A stretch of 23,257 nucleotides of DNA from an uncultured Elusimicrobia bacterium (GCA_964359165.1 CAYHRV010000008.1:1-23257), one strand, 5' to 3'. Positions 18,001-21,044 are shown, counted from the stretch's first letter. The notes: generated from the letters alone by a model not told the origin. Numbers and translations are program-made.

Positions 18001-18425
18001 GCTCCTTCCAGGGCACGGATCTTCCCTCCGGCACGCTCTATGTGCGCGTGCGGTCGGTGACCGGGGCCGGGGTGGCGAGCGCGCCGAGTGAGCCGGTTAA
18101 GGTCCAGGTCGGCGTCCTTCCGCCGGGGGGGATCTCCGACGCCGCCAACTATCCCAACCCCTTCGACTCGCGCAAGAGGGACACGACCATCGTGTACACC
18201 CTGAGCGCGAACGCGGACATGTCCATCAAGATATACGACGTGTATGGCCGCTTGGTCCGGGAGATCGGCTACGGCGCGGGCGGACCCGGGGGCCAGGCCG
18301 GGACCAACGAGGTCAAGTGGGACGGCACGGACGCGGGGGGCCGGAAAGTATCCAAGGGCATCTACCTGGCCGTGCTCCAATCCGGCGGAGCCAAGGTCAT
18401 CCTAAAGATCGGCGTCATTCACTGA
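3..18425 (+). CDS. Giant modular secreted/cell-surface adhesin-like protein, 5'-truncated by the window (>6,140 aa visible)
   Basis: One uninterrupted frame runs from the window edge to TGA at 18423-18425. Codons 3-62, upstream of the tracked GTG(63), read GNSYGVAWGDYDNDGDLDAI. That is another FG-GAP/VCBS blade, so the gene continues upstream and GTG63 is an ORF-caller artefact. Extracellular domain motifs occur along the whole length (VCBS/FG-GAP, FN3-like, LamG_3-like, propeller blades, T9SS-type CTD). Confidence 0.95.
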   Translation, partial: GNSYGVAWGDYDNDGDLDAIVANYSNQDEFLIRNDTAAVHAAPTPPGAFSASFQEYGLSSSSGVLTLSWGNGADVENSTASLRYFIRVGTTVAGSSTTFKIPARYSLDGYSGGGSSLYSTKISSAVRGMKLVMQKETTVYWAVVTEDGEFQRSAQSAEQTAFLAAPGAVTDLRVASIVSTGLGASSMTVTLAWTAPGENGYTGAITGGSYDIRYSTLAPITSTNAYAAAAFTISVATNANPGETHSYAIPLLEAKATHYFAITVKDAAGVRSGLSNPTTAQAYVDALSGTADGAYDLAFGDYDRDGDLDAITANSGAADETLLRNDGNSVFTRLTVAGSAGDSRGVAWGDYDNDGDLDAAVANAGGQDEVLLRNDGGGAFAVVALTGSGGDSAGVAWGDHDNDGDLDLAVSNAGGQDEYIARNNGDGTFSTFTLTGTAGASWGVGWGDYDNDGDLDLAVANAAANMVLARNDGNGVFSTSSVAGTSNYRALAWGDFDGDGDLDLVLGTNGDELLVRNNGNGTFTSAALTGSGGDTYGLAAGDYDNDGDLDLLLGNFAGVDETLLRNDGVGNFTPVVLGGTGRSTLGASWGDFDGDGDLDAMLAASNVDDFILRNDTASTHNAPTAPAGGFSSSFQEYGIASSSGVLTLSWGNGSDTPHSTTTLRYLVRVGTTVAGSSTTVKIPSRFSVGGFSGSLPYSTNVSSAVRGMKLVLQKEATVYWAVAAEDSEFARSAQSAEQTASLVAPGRVTDLRVVSIVSTGLGASTMTVTLQWTAPGDDGYSGALAGGTFDLRYSTLAPILGWNDYSTAPFTVSIASSVNAGELQTYVIADLDVRTSHYFAITTKDGLGVRSALSNLNAIATGYILLLPGTSGSDPGAAWGDYDRDGDLDLLLSDSRLMRNDGNGSFVQVAVPGMGGFGASWGDYDNDGDLDIVSNANAIGDEVVLRNDGGAFTAVAVTGSGGNSAGGNAWGDFNNDGRLDFAAANQSAENEVLARNNGNGTFSTSTLTGSGGSSQGIAWGDYDNDGDLDLAVANGGEDPVLLRNNGGGALSVTTALNGFGFPVRAIAWGDYDKDGDLDLALARSGGADESLLRNNGNGTFTEAVLTGSGGDSFGVAWGDYDNDGDLDLAVANAGGGDEVVLRNNGNGTFSKFILAGTAGNTHGITWGDFDGDGDLDLAAASDDKQVMVLRNDAALAHSVPTPPVAGFSASYQEYDASASSGVLTLQWGNGSDVEDSTATLRYFVRVGTTVAESSTTLKLPSRYSLDGFAGGGSFLYSTQVSSAARGIKLVMQKETTVYWSVLTEDSEFLRSSSSTEQTSYLIAPGRVTDLRVSAISSTGLGASSMTVTLQWTAPGDNGYSGALSGALYDIRYSTLAPITAAGAYLAAPFTLSISTNVNPGETQTALLQYLEAKATHYFAITAKDSTGVRSLLSNPATAEAYVRYPAATGGNSKAVAWGDYDKDGDLDALVANGGGADEFLMRNDGNGAFTKVTIAGSGGDSTAVAWGDYDNDGDLDALVANTGNEDEFLLRNDGGAFTKVALTGTAGNSKAAAWGDYDNDGDLDALVANAGTQDEYLLRNNGTSFSSAAIVGIGGDSNGVAWGDHDGDGDLDAVVANGGAEDEVLLRNDGSGVFVPLVMAGGSGGASYGAAWGDYDNDGDLDILVANGGAEDEVLLRNDGGGTFFKITLTGSGGDTRGAVWGDADNDGDLDILAATGGGEDKILLRNDGGGTFAKVVLAGSGSESRGASWGDYDGDGDLDAVLAGDSAQDESILRNDLASSHNAPSAPSSGFSASFQEYGIFATSGVLTLSWGNGSDAETPAASLRYLVRIGTTVAGSSTTLKVPVRVSLNGSSPYSTRITPAARGLKIIIQKETTAYWAVTAEDGESLRSSESVEQSAFLAAPAAIADLAAAQDNTVETSSSAWMTLTWTVPGEDGSASTLQSGAVYDLRWSTVGVVDSQAKYEAVPNQSLIAADGQIPGTVRTQLVAVPPGKTYYFALTVKDSLGSRSGLSNAAAGVFANALMEETTGVAIPTALQGDTTAFLKVKLWVDSGTLTWLKIAVRKTGGVPDSAVKNVAVYQDSNANGVFDAADSFALRTSPAVFVSSAATLTLSPAQTINTTTKTYFVALQFEPANLQTDGSSVAVRLDPQPFTVRGAGIPGTDLPALLLDGVDDQVRVPTSGSLNAIGALTVEAWVKTTDSGADRSIVTRANGGLTQGFRLWLNGAGCGAGVPTLFIGPAFLCANREGTPVRVDDGRWHHVAAAYNDLNGKRIFVDGEMLSTGPVSAGVLADTSDLAFGGPNPAGGGYLAGVLDEVRVSNFMRYTSGFVPALRNSTDGGTALLHHFDALVGTGTLVVDASANGNNGTLLGNMAGYGRSTSTVLVDVQDVLQSSGTDISPTTMYRNATDVGLLKLQLWTDHDYATFQRISVGHFGSGSEAGVTNIRMYKDDGDGLFSPVLDSNLTLGQDFAVGKATFDLVAAGQTQVITPSTKTYFFSWDITGAAQIGESLGLQIGSTEDILLSGTTDAVSALSFPIQTATRAVVAASAFVAAETATGTWVNISSIVFNGNFNLGNVNHFHPRWDQNPATSITGTEPLWNAGKTTTTATQDANDWYFHVKAFDGSDTPGTQQDLGPFFVDRTPPSASLFRSFNSTAGALAEAQVNDLALGVTVQLAVQDALSGLSLDGLAPLAPVEGTVGLWHFDDPSGSVWKDSGTAGIQLSGSGVVTRAAGRFRTGLLFDGSGNLSASPSSLPLGAAVRSIEAWINPVSTQTTLGLVTWGAAGSNTLMRFGMINGKLSSDMGGVSNLAGPVLSTGVWQHAAFTYDGSAARYYLNGVFVGSHTYGAVATSAGTLYVGAGEGATLKFRGTIDEARILNRVLSAEEVYNDRFRGDPYYAAYSTSAGNSWQFVLSTTPGSGPWVARSGAHGSSALETISVYGLNLIVSTSNAAGAQATNQVLFYAADTAGNAQVSGPFGLVVDTNAAVALSTPIAPANGVYTGPRPNFDWAGPSTTSVAAMAGPGGNGGRFYLQAAANDPSFSPGSIVLSISTPALVADTSLSRVVGVYQSTFTLAEGNTYYWRVRSLSSLGVSGPWSAYSSFVVDASSPSASSYLLFNSSGGALGETQYTDILRGATAQMTFADGLAGFPRKLDFGPNAGTIALWHFNERDGSFPVDASTNSLAGTLIGINASSAAYRATPFGAGLRCEGAQAMLASSAPFNFAAGSEFTFEAWINPDSVTGIQIIGGVGSVSPGAGNGNWLLRIDNSKLYFTNATSAGFATLPGVVSAGVWQHVAMTVRGSKTSFYVNGVLNSVGGNGANSGTYDKPFALCTAIGTSGVYENPYQGLIDEVRILNYEATAEQVASDHAATAPGIFSVEYSTTAGNTWAVVSATTPAAGYAYLSFPGAEGGLGPDTLVLRDMTLAHSTNSSAGAAATNQVRFIVPDRAGNFQTAGPFAVLADTVAATAVSTPSYPVGGAYAQTRTNFLWAGPSTKTASGMGASASYLLQVDDAQDFSSPDISVSTPVATHSTSAVTVFGAYVSTFTLADATTFYWRVMAKDFLGQLSPPLTTGKFVTDMSTPVSSSFGTFDSTRGFTSESGANNLQSGVTAQLTVQEAGPSGLRTGLLDGNRTFGVIYTTGGHNPAASVTWNDGGMAEALSDSAGGYFTSLAVYQGRLYAGLATGGSGGKVYSFDGSAWAAPDPFVNDVLALMEFQGKLYAGLEGGEVWGFDGALWTLAADLPEVRVNSLAEYHGRLYAATGSQGRIYAYDPAAGSWYETYKSTNVEIFSLEVYNGRLFAGGNPTLYAFSGSTWTPAFHFQAGGNFYDLQTHNGKLYAATNNQRVYSYDGSAWTFFTPPETEIRALGAHQGRLYFGASLPSIGRVYTHDGKDLLRVRDLATNSDRIFALKTFQDRLYMGAQSGAGPAKVYVSTPLASSITGVDGTNSAQTLQATGLDLIASQNGVVCGGSSPCLATNQVRLTVSDMAGNVHQAGPFSVLVDPLIVPSTAVYPADGSFVRASSPVFTWSELNPMTTHQVQVSSVPSFSNLSVDKLFNTPSFTSPMALAHGTTYYWRIRSQNAAGIYSAYSEPISFAMDLARPSTSAFRHVSSSGGALGESQFNALASGLTVQIDIQDAFSGLDGGPLRLPVDQAAALYPFDEGQGNYALPLSGANRLGFSGASAWAQGLYGKAVKFDGTNSLYSNSAADLPLGNSARTLEAWVYPEDSNGGGILQYGNLMRLSINGSCSAGTGTTGNGKLCLDAADSGDYTFTPNQWHHVAFTYDGNGSGALYADGVHVATVTRSFATPAGDVWVGSAAACGSFNGRIDELRVLSKGLSGAELRADYLRAGAFRAEVSTTAGQAWEVIAATAPHNGRYLALSGAPGSAAVETMSLYHLDLPESTTTLKGASGTNQVKFVVSDRAGNEVTAGPYTVLKDTTVLQPSLFWMVPLSTQSIYLVASATDNFSGIRDFQFEISSSVLFNSSVSTSPWVESATYTFTGLLNSTTYFARVRARDNLLNVSIPSRLDQVGGFAIPAATSTFGSVYYATAPAAPASALQDSYVPMVKFTLQTPPGATSKFFYLRVRKTGNTADSSIVEASVHTDGNSDGVFQSTADVRQAGSPLVNGTALINLSAEGSTQQLNDTAKTFFVALRMRSDAPPGETVGLDILQASDFGLQFPSSPEGPFPTSAAPIPISDGVNDLTIAGVSLSPVVAQPNEKNIKLLRLQAQTNSGTSIINSIAFQLKGTLPSTQLKSLTVWRDKDGDGGFDPAVDEAVSDGNDSFAGGVSTVALTAQASSRTVSVTPTIFFLSADILPTATLGDWFQVEFATANVALLNPLDIVKFAEAGTIISSACTVQQNNIVTVSTTDVMPVAFFQGESYTVLKLMAQVDIGFAVVNRFQISAVGTGQDSDVTTVSVWRDLTVDGGPLNKVTDKLLGSAPFVSGLATMDIPAELNEDYKKLLAGTTAVFFVTYDIGPGASPGRSLGAKLTNASYLRMATPLSAVVSSFPVVTATALIQATTNFLQIPTVVSLAPGGVDQGASDIPMLRFDLLSNKNNFSWQGVVVEKTGTAQDSDVGAVKVWLDNGDGVFSVAMDSAITNGLDTFLSGQANVALTTPQTISKSTQSYFITVGVSPSAVPGRTIGLQVATSASLVVNYPNEVSTMTVAFPLEGGPAPINQFANTVSVTTASIVPVLGAEPGTQNVAVMSLEMKTNVSNARWLILPISQIGTAPDTDLGDVKVYYDVSNIGSFNSANLSSYVLITSTGHRFGQNGPKSVRLAFASPPTLGPATQRFFVTVDLNSSAKPENTVKLRTNVSAGEPGIIESPNTLAISFESSALNINPPPTLMYVLAASSAPASVNQGDSNLPILTLRAWMAAYTGQWTQLAVSRWAPGLDSDVSGVKLFYDSNDNGVLDVTSDQRLSTASFVAGTATLGFSTQTIRVATQTYFLTYDISITAGGGNGASASLGAPGVFTVAAPHSVSSLGFPIQSASATVKATQTGLFALGQAKAPGQLVQSATNQVMLTLELYTTQYALLWSGLSVQRTGTASDADITAVHVWTDGGTYGVIDPEDKDITSGLNSFLAGSAGVSLVNVQTIGTSHARYLVTVDIAPFADPAKTFGLSVAAASAFTLNSPNVAVDQNFPMTVAPVPLRKLPENLVVTPQNLMPGGVNQGQESTAAKLLVRASRDRVTWTRLKLAKAGSIEEASVREVRIVKDLDGSGAVSSGDLIVGSGTFSSGVADIVFFAAQTVTASTATYFMTMVLDSSATVDALAGFTLGNETFFSVDAPDGAVLNGTSFATTLGKVLDSKTPLMPVVTLDGAMSSQFEYLHFVWNSTVAFGSMDKAWYAVGTDSSTDAGRQNVLAYTAIPVTAVDYKGIGFPLKSGTTYYVSVKTQSSFGFFSPAGISPGMLMDFTVPPVPAPAVTAGQAAVLVSWGTVGGGPTGIAGYLVEYRKGDSPIWYNAKTKSRSSVASVSSMRADVRVAEVITSTAELVTGGSFQGTDLPSGTLYVRVRSVTGAGVASAPSEPVKVQVGVLPPGGISDAANYPNPFDSRKRDTTIVYTLSANADMSIKIYDVYGRLVREIGYGAGGPGGQAGTNEVKWDGTDAGGRKVSKGIYLAVLQSGGAKVILKIGVIH
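108..870 (+). other. FN3-like domain pair, copy 1 of 4
   Basis: The first half reads PTPPGAFSASFQEYG..GVLTLSWGNGADV..LRYFIRVGTTVAGS..VYWAVVTEDGE. The second half reads VTDLRV..MTVTLAWTAPGENGYTG..YDIRYST..THYFAITVKDAAGVRSGLSN. The WTAPGDDG..YDIRYS..YYFA..D..GN.S motif is typical of bacterial FN3-like surface domains. Confidence 0.7.
870..1850 (+). repeat. FG-GAP/VCBS repeat beta-propeller 1 (7 blades, ~47-50 aa each)
   Basis: Seven in-frame copies of [AS]WGD[YFH]D[NGR]DGDLD..(3-4)N..(6-10)L.RN[DN]G.G.F. The DxDxDGxxD loop is the integrin-alpha/VCBS calcium-binding motif. Confidence 0.85.
1850..2600 (+). other. FN3-like domain pair, copy 2 of 4
   Basis: Colinear with copy 1 (APTAPAGGFSSSFQEYG..LTLSWGNGSD..LRYLVRVGTTVAGS..; VTDLRV..LQWTAPGDDGYSG..FDLRYST..SHYFAITTKDGLGVRSALSN). 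It shares a 34-nt identical stretch with copy 1 (259-292 = 2002-2035). Confidence 0.7.
2600..3580 (+). repeat. FG-GAP/VCBS repeat beta-propeller 2 (7 blades)
   Basis: Seven WGD[YF][DN].DG.LD blades. One is degenerate (WGDFNNDGRLDF). Confidence 0.85.
3580..4330 (+). other. FN3-like domain pair, copy 3 of 4
   Basis: VPTPPVAGFSASYQEYD..LTLQWGNGSDV..LRYFVRVGTTVAES..; VTDLRV..LQWTAPGDNGYSG..YDIRYST..THYFAITAKDSTGVRSLLSN. Confidence 0.7.
4330..5335 (+). repeat. FG-GAP/VCBS repeat beta-propeller 3 (7 blades)
   Basis: Seven WGD[YHA]D[NKG]DGDLD blades. Adjacent blades share a 34-nt identical stretch (4843-4876 = 4993-5026). Confidence 0.85.
5335..6075 (+). other. FN3-like domain pair, copy 4 of 4 (most diverged, not followed by a propeller)
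   Basis: APSAPSSGFSASFQEYG..LTLSWGNGSDAE..LRYLVRIGTTVAGS..; then LTWTVPGEDGS..YDLRWST..TYYFALTVKDSLGSRSGLSN. Confidence 0.65.
6075..6495 (+). other. Dispersed copy a of the unassigned ~140-160 aa module (see array 13600-17435)
   Basis: LKVKLWVDSGTLTWLKIAVRKTGGVPDSAVKNVAVYQDSNANGVFDAADS..TKTYFVALQFEP has the same motif order as the tandem array copies. Confidence 0.6.
6497..6990 (+). other. LamG_3-like (concanavalin A-like lectin/glucanase fold) domain 1
   Basis: LLLDGVDDQVRVP..LTVEAWVK..GRWHHVAAAYN..IFVDGE..LAFGG..YLAGVLDEVRVSN. This is the characteristic motif series of Laminin_G_3-type domains. Confidence 0.7.
7150..7640 (+). other. Dispersed copy b of the unassigned module
   Basis: LKLQLWTDHDYATFQRISVGHFGSGSEAGVTNIRMYKDDGDGLFSPVLDS..TKTYFFSWDITGAAQIGESLGLQI. 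Confidence 0.6.
8100..8675 (+). other. LamG_3-like domain 2
   Basis: LWHFDDPSGSVWKDSG..GLLFDGSGNL..SIEAWINP..GVWQHAAFTYDGS..YYLNGV..LYVGA..FRGTIDEARILNRVLSAEEV. Confidence 0.75.
9485..10105 (+). other. LamG_3-like domain 3
   Basis: LWHFNERDGSFPVDAS..FTFEAWINPDS..GVWQHVAMTVRGS..FYVNGV..YQGLIDEVRILNYEATAEQV. Confidence 0.75.
10990..11795 (+). repeat. Seven-bladed beta-propeller-like repeat (~38-41 aa blades), family unassigned
   Basis: Seven consecutive copies of h..L..[YFH].G[RK]L[YF]A[GA]....G.[VI]Y.[YF]DG..W. Examples are LAVYQGRLYAG..KVYSFDGSAW, LMEFQGKLYAG..EVWGFDGALW, LAEYHGRLYAA..RIYAYDPAAGSW, LEVYNGRLFAG, LQTHNGKLYAA..RVYSYDGSAW, LGAHQGRLYFG..RVYTHDGKD and LKTFQDRLYMG..KVYVS. Confidence 0.7.
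12463..13045 (+). other. LamG_3-like domain 4
   Basis: LYPFDEGQGNYALPLSG..GKAVKFDGTNSL..TLEAWVYPED..NQWHHVAFTYDGNG..LYADGV..VWVGS..FNGRIDELRVLSKGLSGAEL. Confidence 0.75.
13600..17435 (+). repeat. Eight tandem copies of an unassigned ~160-aa (~477-nt) module with an embedded D-x-[DN]-x-[DN]-G calcium-loop-like motif
   Basis: The conserved T.[TSR][YF]F[VIL].h motif recurs at ~13935, 14415, 14901, 15375, 15876, 16338, 16809 and 17271, giving periods of 462-501 nt. Each copy has the motif order [ML]L.L.L......W..h.V...GT..DSDV..V.V[WY].D.n.dG.F.....D......F..G.A...L......I...T.TYFh..Dh...A..G...G. Confidence 0.75.
17435..18125 (+). other. Two FN3-like domains preceding the C-terminal sorting domain
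   Basis: FEYLHFVWNS..AWYAVGTDS..GTTYYVSVKTQSSFGFFSPAG; then AAVLVSWGTVGGGPTGIAGYLVEYRKGDSP..GTLYVRVRSVTGAGVASAPSEPV. Confidence 0.6.
18130..18422 (+). other. C-terminal T9SS-type sorting domain (Por_Secre_tail type A / FlgD Ig-like fold)
   Basis: The last ~95 aa read NYPNPFDSRKRDTTIVYTLSANADMSIKIYDVYGRLVREI...GTNEVKWDGTDAGGRKVSKGIYLAVLQSGG.KVILKIGVIH. This matches the YPNPF...T.I.Y.L......L.IYD..G.LV..L......G.....WDG.D..G..V.SG[VI]Y consensus, and the protein ends directly after the domain. Confidence 0.75.
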
Positions 18426-18430
18426 TTATC

Positions 18431-18472
18431 CTGAAAATCCAGCAAATTCCATGGAATTTGCTGGATTTTCAG
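18431..18472. terminator. Perfect 42-bp palindrome (21-nt arms); a candidate intergenic hairpin, terminator/attenuator or operator
   Basis: CTGAAAATCCAGCAAATTCCA|TGGAATTTGCTGGATTTTCAG is its own exact reverse complement, centred on CCATGG. It lies 5 nt after the giant gene stop and 19 nt before the next start. It is AT-rich in a GC-rich context. No downstream T-run follows the stem, although the 3' arm contains TTTTC. Confidence 0.55.
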
Positions 18473-18491
18473 TCACATTCGTGGTTTCTTC

Positions 18492-20087
18492 GTGATTCAG
18501 CGCGCGAGCGGGCTACACTATAGCGTGCGCGGATTCCTCGCCGTCATCAGCCTTATTTCCCTCTCCATCCCCCCGGCTTTCTGCGCAGGCGTCGCCGGAA
18601 GGCCGGGCGACCTGTTCAATTTCGGCGCCGGGGCGCGCTCCTTGGGCATGGGCTCGGCCGCGACCGCGGTGGTCAACGACGTGACCTCCGTCTACTACAA
18701 CCCCGCGGGGCTGGGCCTGCTGCCCTCGCGGGAAGTCGTGTTCATGCGCGCCATGCTCTTCCAGGGGGCCAACTACGATTATCTGGGCTACGCGCAGAAC
18801 AAGAGCAAGACGGCCGGCGGCTGGGGCTTGGAGTTCATCCGCCTGGGCATCCAGGGGGCGGAGGGGCGCGATGAGTTCAACCAGCCGACCGGCGGGTTCG
18901 GCTATTCCGAGACCGCCTTCTCCTTCGCCAGCGGCTGGCGGGGGGTGCTCCACCCCAACATGTCCCTGGGAGTGCGGGGCAAGATGCTCCAGCGCAGCCT
19001 GGCCGGCAGTTCGGACAGGCTCGTGGGCGTTGATTTCGGGGCGCAGGCCGGCCCCTTCATGGGCGAGCGCCTGACCCTGGGCGCCGTGGCCTCCAACGTC
19101 GTGGGCCTCAAGACCGGCGACACCGACGACAAGCTCCCGACCTTCCTGCGCGTCGGGGCCGCCTACCGGGTGGCCGGGCCCCTCTCCATCGCCGGCGACT
19201 TCTCCAACGACAAGGAGTTCCGCCTGGGCACGGAGTACGCCTTCGGCATGGTGTCCGTGCGCCTGGGCATGGCCGATGAGGGCCTCACCTTCGGGGGCGG
19301 CCTGGTCTTCAAGAACCGCTACCGCATGGACCTGGCCGTGCTCAGCCATCCCGAATTGGGAATGTCCCAGAGGATATCCCTCGGGTATCGTTTCGGCGCC
19401 GTCGCGCCCACGGCGAAGGGGCGCAAGATGCAGTTCTTCGCCGGGCAGTTCCTCGGAGAGGCCCAGGCCGCGCTCAAGAAGCGCGACTACCTCAAGGCCT
19501 CCTCGGCCCTGGACACGGGCATCGGCATCGACCCCAAGCTGGGCGGGGGGGAATGGCGCGCCAAGGCGGAGCGTCTGCGGCGCATCGTCATGAAGCTCGA
19601 CCTCCAAGCCCATCCCGAGGACGCCGAGGTGCTCGCCCAGGAGACCGAGGCGGCCTACATCGCCTATGCCGCCATCGACGCCTACCTGACGCGCGATGAG
19701 GACAGGGCCCTCCTGCTCGCGCACGCGGCCCTGGGCCAGGAGCCCAGCAAGGGCGCCTACCAGCACCTTCTGGACGCTCTCTCGGGACTCAGCGGCAGGC
19801 CGGTGGACCGCGACCTGGTCCTGCCTCCCGGGCGCCTGGCCGAGCTCAAGATGAAGAAAGCCGTGGACGCGGTCTACGCGCGGCGCTTTGAAGCCGCCAT
19901 CGTTCTGCTCCGGGAAGCGCTCTGGCTCGACCCGGAGAACGCCGCGGCCTGGACCAAGCTCGGGTCCGCCTATTTCGCGGTCAACGACAAGGAGCGCGCG
20001 GCCGAAGCCTACCGGAAAGCGGTGGAGCTCGATCCCGCCGACACCAAGCTCAAGGAGTTCATGCGCGCCCAAGGGATGCGGCAATAA
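18492..20087 (+). CDS. Outer-membrane beta-barrel of the FadL/PorV-like superfamily fused to a C-terminal TPR domain
   Basis: GTG start. The N-terminus is signal-peptide-like (RGFLAVISLISLSIPPAFCAG). The motif GAGARSLGMGSAATAVVNDVTSVYYNPAGLGLL matches the G.GAR..GMGGA..A..D....[YW]NPAGL hatch motif of FadL/TodX/PorV/TraF-like barrels. Alternating-hydrophobic strands run to RISLGYRF. TPR-like repeats follow and the ORF stops at TAA 20085-20087. Confidence 0.85.
   Translation: MIQRASGLHYSVRGFLAVISLISLSIPPAFCAGVAGRPGDLFNFGAGARSLGMGSAATAVVNDVTSVYYNPAGLGLLPSREVVFMRAMLFQGANYDYLGYAQNKSKTAGGWGLEFIRLGIQGAEGRDEFNQPTGGFGYSETAFSFASGWRGVLHPNMSLGVRGKMLQRSLAGSSDRLVGVDFGAQAGPFMGERLTLGAVASNVVGLKTGDTDDKLPTFLRVGAAYRVAGPLSIAGDFSNDKEFRLGTEYAFGMVSVRLGMADEGLTFGGGLVFKNRYRMDLAVLSHPELGMSQRISLGYRFGAVAPTAKGRKMQFFAGQFLGEAQAALKKRDYLKASSALDTGIGIDPKLGGGEWRAKAERLRRIVMKLDLQAHPEDAEVLAQETEAAYIAYAAIDAYLTRDEDRALLLAHAALGQEPSKGAYQHLLDALSGLSGRPVDRDLVLPPGRLAELKMKKAVDAVYARRFEAAIVLLREALWLDPENAAAWTKLGSAYFAVNDKERAAEAYRKAVELDPADTKLKEFMRAQGMRQ
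18597..19394 (+). other. Beta-barrel portion ending in an internal OMP beta-signal-like strand
   Basis: Gly/aromatic-rich amphipathic strands include GGWGLEFIRLGIQG, FSFASGWRG, SLGVRGKML, LVGVDFGAQAG, LRVGAAYRV, FRLGTEYAF and RMDLAVL. The final strand RISLGYRF (19371-19394) ends in an aromatic Phe, like a BAM beta-signal. Confidence 0.65.
19435..20084 (+). repeat. TPR-like helical repeats (predicted periplasmic)
   Basis: FLGEAQAALKKRDYLKASSALDTGIGIDPK, plus AVDAVYARRFEAAIVLLREALWLDPENAAAWTKLGSAYFAVNDKERAAEAYRKAVELDPADTK. The W-L-G-Y-A-F-A-P spacing is typical of TPRs. Confidence 0.75.
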
Positions 20088-20093
20088 GATCCG

Positions 20094-21044
20094 ATGGACA
20101 TTGTGATCGTGGTCGTCGTCCCCCTTCTGTTCCTGATGCTGGCCGCCAGCATGCTGGTGGTCAGCCAGCTCTCCGGCTTCTACCACTTCAACAAGTATTC
20201 GAAGCGCCAGCAGGAGAACAAGCGCGAGATCGCCACCTTCATGAACCGCCTGGCCGCGGCCCAGAACACCGTGTTCCAGCGCAGCCGGCAGCTCGAGGAC
20301 CTCTCCTCCCGGCTCCAGATGAACAATCAGGAGCTGGCGCGCCTCAACAGCATGAAGACCAAGTTCCTGTCTATGGCCGTCCACGACATGAGGACGCCTC
20401 TGGCCACCATGAAGGGCTTCGGAGAGATGCTCAGCCGGCAGGTCTATGAGGACAAGCAGAAGAAGTACGTCGATTACATCGTCCGCGGCAGCGACAAGAT
20501 CAACGACCTCCTGGCCGACCTCACCGACCTCTCCATCATCGAGGCCGGCAAGCTGCGCATGTCCAAGTCCCCCTTCGAGCTCTCCGCGATGCTCGACTCG
20601 GACATCACGCCCCGCATCGGATTCGCCGCCCAGGAGAAAGGCATCGTTTTCACCACGACGGGCCTTCCCCAGAGCGTCACAGTGCATGGAGACCGCGCGA
20701 ACCTCGCAAAAGCCCTCAAGAACATGCTCAATAACGCGGTCAAGTTCACCCCGGCCGGCGGAAAGGTGGACCTCAAGGTGACGCTGACCGGCCGCGGATT
20801 GCTCTTCCAGATCAAGGACACCGGCCCCGGCATCCACCTCTCCGAGCGCAAGCGCGTCTTCGAGAAGTTCTACCAATCGCAATTCGGAGACCCCAAGGCG
20901 AAGAAGCAGGGCTGGGGCCTGGGGCTGGCCATCGCCCAAGAGATCGTCAAGGCCCATCAAGGGGAGGCCGGGGTGGACTCCCCGGGACTGGGCAAGGGCT
21001 CGACCTTCTGGTGCCGCATCCCCCTCAAGCCCTCCCGCGCGCCC
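20094..21044 (+). other. Histidine kinase core (TM1, coiled-coil, DHp/HisKA, HATPase_c) with no extracytoplasmic sensor domain
   Basis: H-box FLSMAVHDMRTPL (His97 codon at 20382-20384). N-box LKNMLNNAVKFTPAGG. G1 IKDTGPGI. F-box VFEKFYQ. G2 GWGLGLAIAQEIV. C-terminal GKGSTFWCRIPL. Confidence 0.9.

Noticed and set aside
13302-18380. 1,692-aa ORF on the minus strand
   Set aside because: It is entirely antisense to the giant gene, whose frame carries clear domain motifs. The translation is low-complexity and R/G/H/D/E/P-rich with no recognisable motif. Long stop-free antisense frames are expected in GC-rich coding DNA.
18426-18491. Promoter for the barrel-TPR gene in the 66-bp gap
   Set aside because: I could not identify convincing -35/-10 (or Bacteroidetes-type TTTG / TAnnTTTG) elements with proper spacing, so no promoter is claimed. 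Only the palindrome is reported.
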